DNA of 60,470 nt, the filler included, from Sphacelaria rigidula (Eukaryota), in the NCBI GenBank assembly GCA_964200075.2. It is 6 parts of 6 records of this genome, joined end to end, with 100 filler letters (N's around TTAATTAATTAA, not from the genome) between each part and the next. Parts side by side here need not be neighbours in the genome. Positions count along the whole stretch, not along the records: positions 30,289 to 40,283 come from CAXNAA020007346.1; positions 40,384 to 50,377 come from CAXNAA020007347.1; 4 more parts are not named here. One strand, given 5' to 3'. The notes under the pieces were generated by a model, which ran no database searches, was not told the DNA's origin, and worked only from the letters and a program-made list of their open reading frames with translations. This document shows, one piece after another, positions 35,720-47,000 of the stretch (position 1 is the first letter of the stretch; each line of letters opens with the position of its first letter). The position numbers were made by a program, and so were the translations under genes.

Positions 35720-37794
35720 CCGCCCCCGCCCTCGCCGCCCAGCTCCCCGGAGCCAGCAACGCGCGNNNNNNNNNNCCCCCCCCCCCGCCCCCCACGCCCA
35801 CAATAGGGGTGGTCCAAGCAAACAGCGAAAAGAAAAACAACAAGCGCCACCCCCCCCCCCCCCCCCCTCCCCCCTCCCCGAGGGACACAGCTGTGGCCAT
35901 CATGGTCATGTGATGAACGCATTGGAGATGACGCACAACGGGAAGACACGGTGAAGGACAGTAGTGAAGAAAGCAAAGGGATGGAACAGACACGAACAAC
36001 AGACTAAAGAAAACAAACACGATAATTTATGTGTGTATAGTAGTCGAAGTATATACTTGATATATATATATAGAGAGAGAAAAATGGTCGGTTGTCCTCT
36101 GCAACATGACTTCAGGTGGAGAAGTTCTTGCGCAACATCACACGCATGCATACTCGCTCGAGAAATCAAAGAGCCGTGGGGACAAATTACGGCTACTCCA
36201 TGTATGTCACGACTATTTTTTGCTCGTTTCATTCGTCCCGGCGATTCTATCGCTCCAAAGACAGATCCACGGCATTCTTCGAAAGCTTTGTATGCGCAAC
36301 CATAGTTCTTGATCCTATATAACCTTTTCTTGTGGTGGCCGCCTGCTGTGTGCTCGATGATGATGTGGAGTGGTTGGGTTTTCCCCAGGTCAAGACGCAG
36401 AAAATTCATGGAGATGATTATATTTCTCCAGTGTACGATACTACGGTGTAACATCATTCAAGATACATATTTTTTTGCGGTGGTCAGGGCAATAGTGGTG
36501 CCCATCCTCGAGGCCGTTCTCGTTTGCGTCTCTCCTCTAGGCGACGGTTTCCAAGCTGCAGCTTTGCAGCACATGGCTGGGTCTGTTTTGACGTGGACCG
36601 TCGTTTCAAGTCGCGTTATTCTGCCACACAAAACGTCGTCGAAGTGCCCTGAAAATTCTGCAAATGTATGCTCTCGGCCAACAAATTGTATAAGGTATAC
36701 AGTTCCACTACTATTATGGGGTACAAAGATGGACAAAATTGTGTGGGGCAGGCGCGGAGGGGGTGAGTAAGACGCGATGCATCACCACCCCTTCCTCTCC
36801 AAATTGCCTGATTTTTTTGTTTAGCAAGCACTCCTGTACGAAAACCGATTCAGTCTCATACAGGGTTGACCCTTCGACCGCGTGCTTGGGTCATCTGCAG
36901 AATCAGTACCAACTTTACTTGGAAAAAGATTGCATCGCCAGATGACCTGCCCTCGCGGTAAGAGGGAGCGGGACCCTTTTTTCCTGTACTGTTGTACCAC
37001 GACCGCACCCATCATCATCTGTTGGATACAGATACATAATCACCGAAACGAGGTGGGCTTGTCGCAGTTCGGGGGCACTACATTCTTCATGGTTGACATA
37101 TTCTTGGAATAATGGTAACCCTAAGTTCAATATACCGAGAACCCTCGGGCAAAGAGGGTGCAAAGGACGCCCTAGGCAGAGGATACGCTCGCAGACTCGA
37201 TATCAGCGCCTGTACCGATCCGGACAAGAGCGCGTTCTGCGCACGGTCGAGGAAGCACATAGGACTATACTGTGACCCCCACTGCAGATCCGAATCGCTG
37301 CCTTGGAACTCAATTCAAGTAATGGCAACCATGAATACAATGGCTTCGAAGTGGCAATAACTTTACGAAAATACCGAGACACGAAATGAATGCGGAGCAC
37401 GACCCACAGGCAGGCAGGTGCTACCGAAGAAATTTGTCGAAACTTCTCATAATTCGAAATTCAGCAGGTAAGTTTCGAAACTAGCGAAGAAGGCGAGACA
37501 AGTGCCCCTGTAGAACAGTCTCCGCGGTTGGAACACACGAACATATTTTTTTCTGTAGGACTTCTATTATTATTAGATAAATACCTTGAGATATTGAAAG
37601 GCCTGACACTTTCCCAAGTGTTCACGGCGTGCGGTGTGTGCAGCAGCCAGCACGCGTTTTGCTCTAATCGTCGGGCTTGAGTCTGCTAACGTACACTGCG
37701 CCCAGAACACCATAATTAGGCACACTTCCTTTCACGAGATTTTTTGGTACACCTTGGGTTAGGGTTTGTAGGGTCATGGGTTTGAAAAACCCAA

Positions 37795-38790
37795 AAATTC
37801 ATGCAGCATTCATTTGAGCGATGCCGCGATGATACCCCCCCCTCCCCCCAACCAGCCCCAAAAGTATCACAACGAAAATTGCCATACAGCACATGATACC
37901 TGGTTTCAGACCGTGTGAAGCGCCTCATCAAATGGGTGACCTTGGCGAAAATGATCCCAGGTGTGGGAGTTCCCGAGTGCTCAATATGCTGGGCTTTTGT
38001 CATTTGGATTCAGCATTTTGCCTCCCCAGGCCAACCACTTTTCTGGGGGATACTATCGTATCGCGGCATCATCAGCCGTTGATGTATCCCACCACTACTG
38101 CTACTTTTCAAGTTTCTCACATCAAGTAAATAACAACAAATAACAACGTCTTCTGAGATTGAGAGTAGAGCGGTGATTGAGAGTGGCTTCGATCATTCGC
38201 TTTAACTTAACCAATCTTTCATTCCGTGTGTGCTGTTATTTGCCTCCGCCACTGGCGTGTGCTTACAGCTCCATGTCGATATCCTACTCGGGGATATCAA
38301 GGGCCCCAGTGGCGAGCTACTACAGAAAGTATATCGGGCCTCGTAGAGGGGTATTTCGGACCTGAAACGATTCATTTACTAAACGGCCGAGTTTCACTCT
38401 CAATCGTATCCTCTACTCTCAATCTCAGGAAAACATGAGTAAATATGTTATACAAGTAATAACATCTGAATGTTAAACCGAAATATACGAAAATACGGAA
38501 AGGGTGGTGCTGCGATAACCTCCCCCCAGAAAAAAATGGCTGGTTTGAGGAGGAGGAGGTAAAATCTACCTGGAAACCGACATGACAAAGGCCGAGCACA
38601 CGGAGCACCTGGGAAATCGCATATTTGGGATCATTTTCGTCAGGGTTGCCCATATGAGGGGCTTCATGAAGTCTGAAACTAGCCATCATGCGCTGTATCG
38701 CCACTTTCTTCGGGAAAGTTTTAGGGCTGGTTTGGGGAGGGGCTATCGCGTCATCATCACTCTGAAGAGCATGGCACGACATGACAAAAC
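37795..38790. mobile_element. Foldback element with long diverged inverted arms and a nested MITE (38148-38434)
   Basis: 37830-38005 is inversely homologous to 38580-38760. Another copy of the arm lies at about 10150-10310. Confidence 0.7.
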
Positions 38791-39379
38791 CCACATTATA
38801 CATGTATGTACCATTGTACTGTTGTTGTAGGCGCTACGCAGTACCGAGGAGGAACTCCTCCAAATTCAAAATCCAGAATGCGTCAAGAAAAAAAGAGGCA
38901 ATAAAACGAGTGTGAAAACCTTGTGCATGCATGCATACAGAGAGAATGCGATCGGTCGCCAGACTCACGCCTTGGTATTCAGTAAACGCCGCAGGCCTGA
39001 GGATACGTCTTGTGTAGAGAAAAAAAATGTTGAAACGTGCATTTTTGGCCCTTCTCCGTCGTTTTGCCCCCGAAAAGGGGACTAGAAGAATAACAGACAA
39101 TGATAGTTCTTCTACAACATGAGGTTGCGAATGCTAAAATGAGGTTCAAGCCCAAACGAATGATTTCCCTACAGTACACTTAATACTACAGTGACGGTGC
39201 CCAATAATTACTTTTTTGTCGGCCTAATGCCCTTGGATCGCGTAGGTACTTGTTCAGCGCACGTGTTATCAGGGACAAGGGGGTTTTGCTCGGTGTTTGA
39301 AGCTCACGTAGTCGGTAAAATGCGCTAAACTAAACAAGTCATTTTAGCATACAACACCTCATCACTTTCTATGTTCGTC

Positions 39380-40200
39380 TGTTGGATGTTGACACCTTGG
39401 AATGGCTTGCTCTACTCGGCGAGACCGTTCCAGAGCACCTTCGCGTTTTTCATAGGTCACAGTTTCGTTCTCGGTCAAACTTGCATCTTACGTGACAAAA
39501 AACAGCCAAGTTATACAAAAACAACAGGGGGAAACTACCATTTTTTAAAAAACGTGACCGTTTGTTATTGAAAATGCGAATTTGGCAATAAACGAAACTG
39601 TGACCTACGGAAAACGCAAACTTGATCTGGAACGGTCTCAGCGAATGATTAAGTCATTCCAAGGTGTTGATATCTGCCTAGCCCTCTGATCGAGGGAAAA
39701 ACGACGGAGAAGGGCCAAAGATGATGCACTCTTCAGTAGTAAGATTTATTTTTGATGCATCAGGAGTGGTAGCCTGACACTAATTATCGGTCGATTTTCA
39801 CGGCGTTCCTGATCGATTTTCACCACCGAATATTTAGAATCCCGTGCTCCGATGATAACTCCAGATTTCAGCCGTAACAATGTTTCGTGAGATTAACAAT
39901 CTTGCGTCGATTGAGGCTGCTTCTTATGTATCAAAATAAAAGCTGTTGAAAAGTGTATTTTTGGCCCTGTTCTGTCGTTTTCGCCCGAAATGAGGGCTAG
40001 ACGGATGTTGACACCTGGGAATGACTTGCTCTACTCGCTGAGACCGTTCCAGAGCACCTTTGCGTTTCCCGTGGGTCACAGTGTCGTTGTTGGCCAAACT
40101 TGCATGTTCAGTAACAAAAAACGGTCAAGTAATAAAATAAAATGGCAGTTTCCCCCTGTTTTTTGACAACTTGATCGTTTTTTGTTACTACATTAAATAA
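39380..40200. repeat. Foldback/MITE cluster
   Basis: 39393-39470 is inverted at 39590-39675 and directly repeated at 40003-40100. Confidence 0.7.
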
Positions 40201-40283
40201 CAACAAATTGTGCGAATTGAGGCTTAACTCCGAGATGAGGTTCAAGCCTAAAACAGTGTTTTCCCTACACTTTCAGCGATGGT

Positions 40284-40383
40284 NNNNNNNNNNNNNNNNN
40301 NNNNNNNNNNNNNNNNNNNNNNNNNNNTTAATTAATTAANNNNNNNNNNNNNNNNNNNNNNNNNNNNNNNNNNNNNNNNNNNN
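40284..40383. other. Artificial contig linker
   Basis: N44-TTAATTAATTAA-N44. Confidence 0.98.
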
Positions 40384-41862
40384 CGTACCTTTCTTGGGCA
40401 AAAAACGAGAAGGTATACATTTTCTAGTCCATTGCTCTAATTTCAATATTTTGGGGTGCGCGAGAGAAAGATAGCACTCTGCTGTTGTGTCCTGGTGTAC
40501 GGTCTATACTGTCTGTATTACTGTGATATGATGACTGAGCAATACATGGTGAGCGGCATGACGCAAGACGATAAAGAAGCGCACCGCCTTGCTGTCCCCA
40601 TTAAGTGTAGAACTGATAGTTGTGCTTTTTCGCTGCACGGTAGCACTTCACAAAAGACTGTAGGTACAGCACGGACAGCAATAGGTCAGACAGTGCTGTA
40701 CTGTATGCATTGACTCTAGTTCTACAGTAGTAGCACTACGTACAGTCTTCGTGTGTGCAGCACGGTCCCATCTCCACAAGACTTGGGGCGCATGCACAGT
40801 TTGTACTGCATTGCGACTGCTCTTGGCAGCACGCTGCATGCACAGAGCTGAACTGTGCTACAAATACTGACTGTACGTACGGATTACATACAGACTCTAC
40901 TCGTCATCGACCGCGCCTGTGCTGTTCTCGTGGGGAAAGGGCCACCACGCTACTGGCGAGCGAGGACGGTGACGTAACACGCTGAGTACCTGCGAGCAGA
41001 AGCAGCAGCGACAGTGGTGGCAGCCAAGCCAGCATGGGTGCTGTTATGGGGTGTAAGAGCTGTAGGATTGATAAGCGGCGGGAGTTCAAACGCTCTTTCA
41101 ACAACTTTGGGCTATCGCAAAAAGTTATCAGAAAAAGTCTTCTTCAAAAATATTTTTTTCCGATCACATAAGGTGAATTTTGGGTCGATTTTCGGCAAAC
41201 GGCTCTGTTGATAATGATTTTTTGATATATAACAAGTGGCCTAACAAGTAACATTTTCGTAGTTCATGAGCTGTCCGACGTGTGAACTGTTTGTGAGATA
41301 GGGAATGGATTTTTTTCGGAACGCGAGCTTTTAGGCGATTTACACCAAGACTGTACTGTCGAATCGTCCGAAACGTTCGTCACCCTTCTGAAAGCCCGTG
41401 GTACAACAGGAGTTTTGGGGTAACTATTTTTTTTCTTCTTTTCTGACATCGATATGCGGTGCAACGTGCGGAAAAACAATCATGTCCACCAAATTGCCAA
41501 TATTACGCCCGGTTATTGTCAAGAGTTCAGACCCCGGACATGCGATCACTCGTAATTATTCATCACATCCTTCAGCACGTGACCTAGTTCGACTGGCGGC
41601 GCACATGCAAAATATGTGCCTGGATCAACACTTGTGTTTTCGTCAGGGTCGTTGCGGGGAAAAGAAAGATCACGGATGATACGGATTTGTCTTCCACGAC
41701 TCCGACAGGACAGATTCGTATCCGGTGGACGAGAATTATGACCAGGACCGCAGGAAGCGAAATGTACCGGCTGCCAGTCGGAGTGGGCCAAGAAAAAAAG
41801 CGGCGACTACACCCGCAGCAAAGAGGGAACTCACTTGCTTCAAGTGGTTGGACGGGAAGTGC

Positions 41863-42800
41863 GAGCACGCTGAGAGAGTGGTAGGCAGACGTAGTAGCAG
41901 GCGTGCAGAATTGCGGCCTGAACATCCAGCCAGCTTACTGTTCGATTGCAGGCAGTGTGAGTGTTGAAGGTGGCACAACCGGAACACTGTACTCGAGTGC
42001 TGTAAGGATTCTTCGAAAGTCGCATGGTTGATACAGGCGAAGCGAATCTGTGAATTGGAGCTCTGAGGATAATTAAAATGACGAGAAGAATATAGATTCG
42101 CAGAGGATATCCGGGCTCAGAGAGAAACCGGCAAGCTGTTGACGTCCTCCCCCTGCGAAGTAGCCCGCTGCCCCGACGAAGTAGCCCGCTGCCCCGGTAT
42201 ACTGGTTAAAAGATTGCGGCCGCTCATCTGGAGTCGGGGGGAATTGAGCCGCGACGTGAACACCGTGCGGGACGAGAACGAACAAGCGCTTGCAAGGACC
42301 TTTGAGCAGCTGCCCGACTCGAAGAACAACATATTGAAGCGACGCACTATGTGAACACCATGGGGGGCGAGAACGGACAAGCGTTTGCAAGGATCTTTGA
42401 ACAGTTGGCCGACGTGAAGAACGACAGCTGTTCAAAGATCCTTGCAAACGCGTGTCCGTTTTCGTCCCGCATGGTGTTCACGTCGCGGCTCAGTTCCCTA
42501 TCTGACGTCGGGCGACTGCGTTCACAGGCGACTGTAATTGTGCGCGTATTCCTTGTGATCCGCGATGTCATCAAGGGCACTGTCGTTGGCGCTCGGGGCA
42601 TCAGCAGGTTCATCCATGAGTATGCAGAATCCACAACGATGCGACCCCTCACAGAATCCTCACAGTACTACAGACGTGTTCCAGTTGTATCACCTTCAAC
42701 ATTCGCACTGCCTGCAACCGAACATAAAACTGGTTGGATGTTCAGGCCACCGTTCTGCACGCCTGCTATTACGTCTGCCTACCGCTCTATCAGCGTGCTG
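41863..42800. repeat. Nested long inverted repeat
   Basis: Outer arms at about 41863-42030 and 42630-42800. Inner 57-bp stem at 42351-42407/42425-42481 with a 17-nt loop. Confidence 0.8.
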
Positions 42801-43041
42801 AATGACAACCGCTTCGATCTTAGGTATCAGCGGCATAGACGTTCCAAGCGCTGAGCCTTCCAGGTTCTGTTCGGCGTTCGTCATCTCCTATGTATTATGA
42901 TTTTATGATTTATGTACAGTATGAATTCAATTTAATTCAATTGGGTGACTAGAAATTATTTCGCTCCCACGAAACACATTTCCCCCGATTGGGGATATTT
43001 CGTTTTTTTTTCTTTCTGTTTTCAGACATATTTTTCCTTAA

Positions 43042-43143
43042 CCCTTAGACAACGGTGCGGGTAGTCCATCTGGATCACGCATATTTTTTTCAAGTGAAAA
43101 TTGATGCCGACTCAGCAGGTAAACTACCCTCGCGGTCTAAGGG
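43042..43143. mobile_element. Solo 102-bp piggyBac-like MITE
   Basis: TTAA|CCCTTAGAC...CGCGGTCTAAGGG|TCAA. Same family as the 17890-18675 array. Confidence 0.8.
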
Positions 43144-44010
43144 TCAACCAATCTTTCAAAGATATCTTGTTGCACCAAAATTCCGTCACATCACGGGCTT
43201 TCAGGGCTATGACGGCCGGTTCGGGCGATTCGATCGTGTTGGCGTAAATCACGAAAAAAGTTCCGTCCCGAAAAAGAAATCCGTTCGTAACGTCACGAAC
43301 AGGTTGTTAGTCGTATCGACTGTTCGTACAAGTACGTCGTACAGCGTGAGAAATCCTTGATCCTTCGGGCATCAGACCTCTTTTCGGAATAGTATCACCG
43401 ATTGACCTTCAAAACGGTCAACAACCACGCCACTGCAATGAGAATAAGCTCTCTCTTCCGCGAGCGCACTCCCCTCCCAGTGGCGATATCTCGTGTATTT
43501 CGTGGTTCCAAACCCTCAACTTGTGCATATCGTTCGACCACAGCTGATCTTCACCTATTTCCACTTCGGGTCCCTTTCGGTATTTGACGTCCAAGGTGTT
43601 GACCTCAACGACTGTATCGGACAGACACGAGTTCCCAACGTCATGTACTGAAACTACTCGTCCTCCCTTCACCTTGATGACGTTTTTGTGGGTCACAACC
43701 GGTAGCAGGTCCTCCATTATTCATGCCCTGTCAGTGCTTCTCACCGCCACTCCTGTAGACTGTTTGTAGTACTGTCTACAGAGCGATATTGTTTGAAGAG
43801 TCCGTCTTACACAAGAACCTGACTCGAGGTATTGGGCAGAGTTAGCCCGCACAATCACCACGATCAACGGGTACGTATGTGTTCAAGTGAGCGAGTACAC
43901 CTCCGGTATTGTCACGACTATGAGTGTGTCATACTCTATCACATTGGTGGATGGATGTGGGACTCAGCTCCCTCAGAGGCCAACCCTGCGGCTACCATCC
44001 GGCGTACATC

Positions 44011-47000
44011 ATGGTAAAGTTGCTTTCCTCCGTGTACGTGTGCAAGTGTGTATATGCGTGTCTGTATTTATGTGTGCTGGCGCTTTGCCCTTTTTTCAGC
44101 ACACAGTATGATGCCTTGTTTTGCGGGAGCTGGTCGGGTGGAGTAGAGGGTTGATGCATAGTTTGCCATGTGGACACACGGTCATGAAGCCGTCCCGTGG
44201 ATAGTCCACAATTCTTACAATACCACACGAGAGCAGAAATATGGCACTGGCGAGGCCAGTCTTCTGCGTTGGCTTGGGTATCTAGACTACAGTTCTCACA
44301 TTTATATCGTCAATTTGCACGCTTGTCCTGTTGAAATCGCAGGGTGTTCGTACGAAGACCGTCAAAAAATCGGCGCGAGCCATCATCGAGAAGTACTACT
44401 CTCGCCTCACGATGGACTTCCACACCAACAAGCGTGTGTGCGACGAGGTAGCCATCATCCCCTCCAAGCGTATGCGCAACAAGATTGCTGGGTTCGTGAC
44501 GCACTTGATGAAGCGAATCCAGAGGGGCCCTGTGCGAGGAATTTCGCTCAAGCTGCAGGAGGAGGAGCGGGAGAGGCGCATGGACTTCGTGCCGGAGGTA
44601 GGGGTGTCCCTATTGTCGAGTCATTTACTCGGGTTTCGGCATTTCCTCAGATTGAGTGATTCGTGATGGTTCGGCAGCACCTCTTGGTCCCACGTGCTGT
44701 TACTAACGATGGGTAGCTCCCGGTCACTTTGCACCGTTGGTCAGCGCGGTAGCCCGGGCCGGGACACTGACTGTCAATTAACCTGTAGTTTCGAAGTCAG
44801 GACATCCGGTCACCCAATCTACGAGATGTTTTCACGTCAACATAAACCGCATGATGTTTAACACACTCCAGCCGTTACCCTGGTCACCAATTGATAGTTC
44901 ACCGTCACTGAGGTAGTGAGCGCAGACAAATAAGCTCGACTGTGGGAAAGCACCTCAATATTGGGATTGACGTTTGAAGATGGTCAAGGTGAGGTGCACG
45001 CGAAATGAAAACGGTATCGTCTCCGTAGTTGCCGAATACGCTGATTTCCCTTGTACTCCGGGCTTGAGGCTCATCTTGGACGAGAAGAATGGCGAGAAGT
45101 GGATCAAGTATCCAACGGTAGTATTTGAATTGATCGCTGCGGCGACCTAATGTGGCGAGATGACCCATCAACATGCTGCTTCTGGACGCTCGCTTTCGCT
45201 CTTGGCTCTTAATTTCAAGATCGAGAGAACATGGCCTGACCCGCTGAATCTTACAGGTGGAGGTCGTGTGTGACCTCAACCCCCACAAAAAGCACGGGAT
45301 CGGCTCTCCGACAAGAAGTGCTCATGACCATCCAGCCAAAACTATTACATCCTAAAATTAGCCAAATCCCCGAACGGCGAGCATCGGCTCGGAACAGTTT
45401 CACAGGCCGACAGTCTCGGCAAATCCGCGGGTTTCCAGTGGGCGGGCGGGGGGCGGAGGTATCTGTCCGCAAAGCAGCCGAGAAGCTCAACAAGGCAACC
45501 ATGTGTGTTCGAAAGTTTCTTGCGGAAGATTATAAGCCACGAATGAGGCCGAGAGGCGCGGAATGACCATTCCGACCAATCACACCCGCCGAAGTGACCA
45601 CGTAGTTACCCTACCAGTGGCCTACGGGTGTACTACTTCGCTATCTTTTGGTATTTCTCATTTTGGTCACAGCGATTCAACCATAGATATGAACGCAGAA
45701 GAGATTTTGTATCTCCTCGGCGTTTCTGCCACCTGTCTGACACATCATGTGCTGCCCGTATAGGTGAACATTGTGTGCAGGGTTGGTTGTGTGTGGAACA
45801 CTAGGCACAAGCATCAGCAGCATCCAGTAAATTACAAGGTCGTGTTCTGCACGGTACGGGTATGTTTTGAACGGTACTAGATTCCTGATGAAACTTACCG
45901 AACTGTCGGGTACCGGTGAAGAAGTCTTGAAAGTCACAGATCTTGTCGGGTACGGTACGGGATGCTCACAGAGAACCGGTACCGGCAATCGGGTAACTTT
46001 TTAGGGTATACCCGCCCCTCACTTTCCGGTGATGCGGGTGGTGTAATGTTTTTGCACAGGGCTTACAAAACTGTCGGGTGAGGGCTAGGCTTGAAAAACT
46101 CACGGAAACCTTCGGGTAGGGTATGAAAGTTGCATAGAAAACCGTACCCGCAACCGGGTATATTATCGAGAGCATACCGTGCCCCCCGGTAACGGATTGG
46201 GAGGTTAACAAAACTCGCAGAACTATCGAGTGCGAGTATCGAAATCTTCCAGAGTTCACAGAGCCGTCGGGTATGGTAAACATCGGGTAAAATACCCCGG
46301 GTGAGCGAGAAACCGTACCCTACAAAATACGACCTTGGTATTATTATCACCCCTGTGGTGGGACCTACGCCACTACAGCAGGGGTGAAATACAGTAAGCA
46401 GTTCAGGGGCTTGATCCACAAGACGAAGCGAACAGTTACAGTAGTACATATGCACGTGACCGTCGACATCTGTCGGCTTAACGTACACTTGCAGACGATT
46501 GATGAAAGAGCAATCACGGCTGCTCGTTTTCTGGAGGCCCGTCGGCACGCGAAGCCACCGACGGCCTTGGTGTGGTGAACATGACACAACCACAATCAAC
46601 CTCAATGACGTGCGTCTTGTTACTTGATCCTGTGGTGATGCAGATGAACCGTCGCCGCTCGAGCCACCACTCGAGTCTGGGGGTAATACATCCTGACAGT
46701 CTGCAGGGCTGCTCATGTTTCGTGTTTCCACTTCGCGACACCTTGTACCCCGTCAGATTATAAATAATGAAACTTTTCAACGCTGAAAGATTGGTGTGCA
46801 GTTATGAATGGAAAAGTTGGGGAGGTTAATGGATAAGAGGTACATGTTTGAATTTAACCCATGTCCGTACCTCCCGAAGTATATGATCCTGTGGTCACAC
46901 CTGCAATCGGGCATATCTAGAACGGTATACCTCAACCCCGGGTAGGGGTAGGGGTATGGGAGCCTTACAGAGCTCCACAACTAGTCGGGTACGGTATGGG

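Noticed and set aside
35644-36020. Poly-Pro/poly-Gly ORFs
   Set aside because: They are translations of poly(C) tails plus low-quality sequence around an N gap.
43418-43717. 99-aa minus-strand ORF as a gene
   Set aside because: No recognisable motif or supported splice structure.
44085-44215. H/ACA snoRNA in RPS17 intron 1
   Set aside because: A hairpin followed by ACA exists, but there is no H box, the pocket is tiny and I recognise no target.
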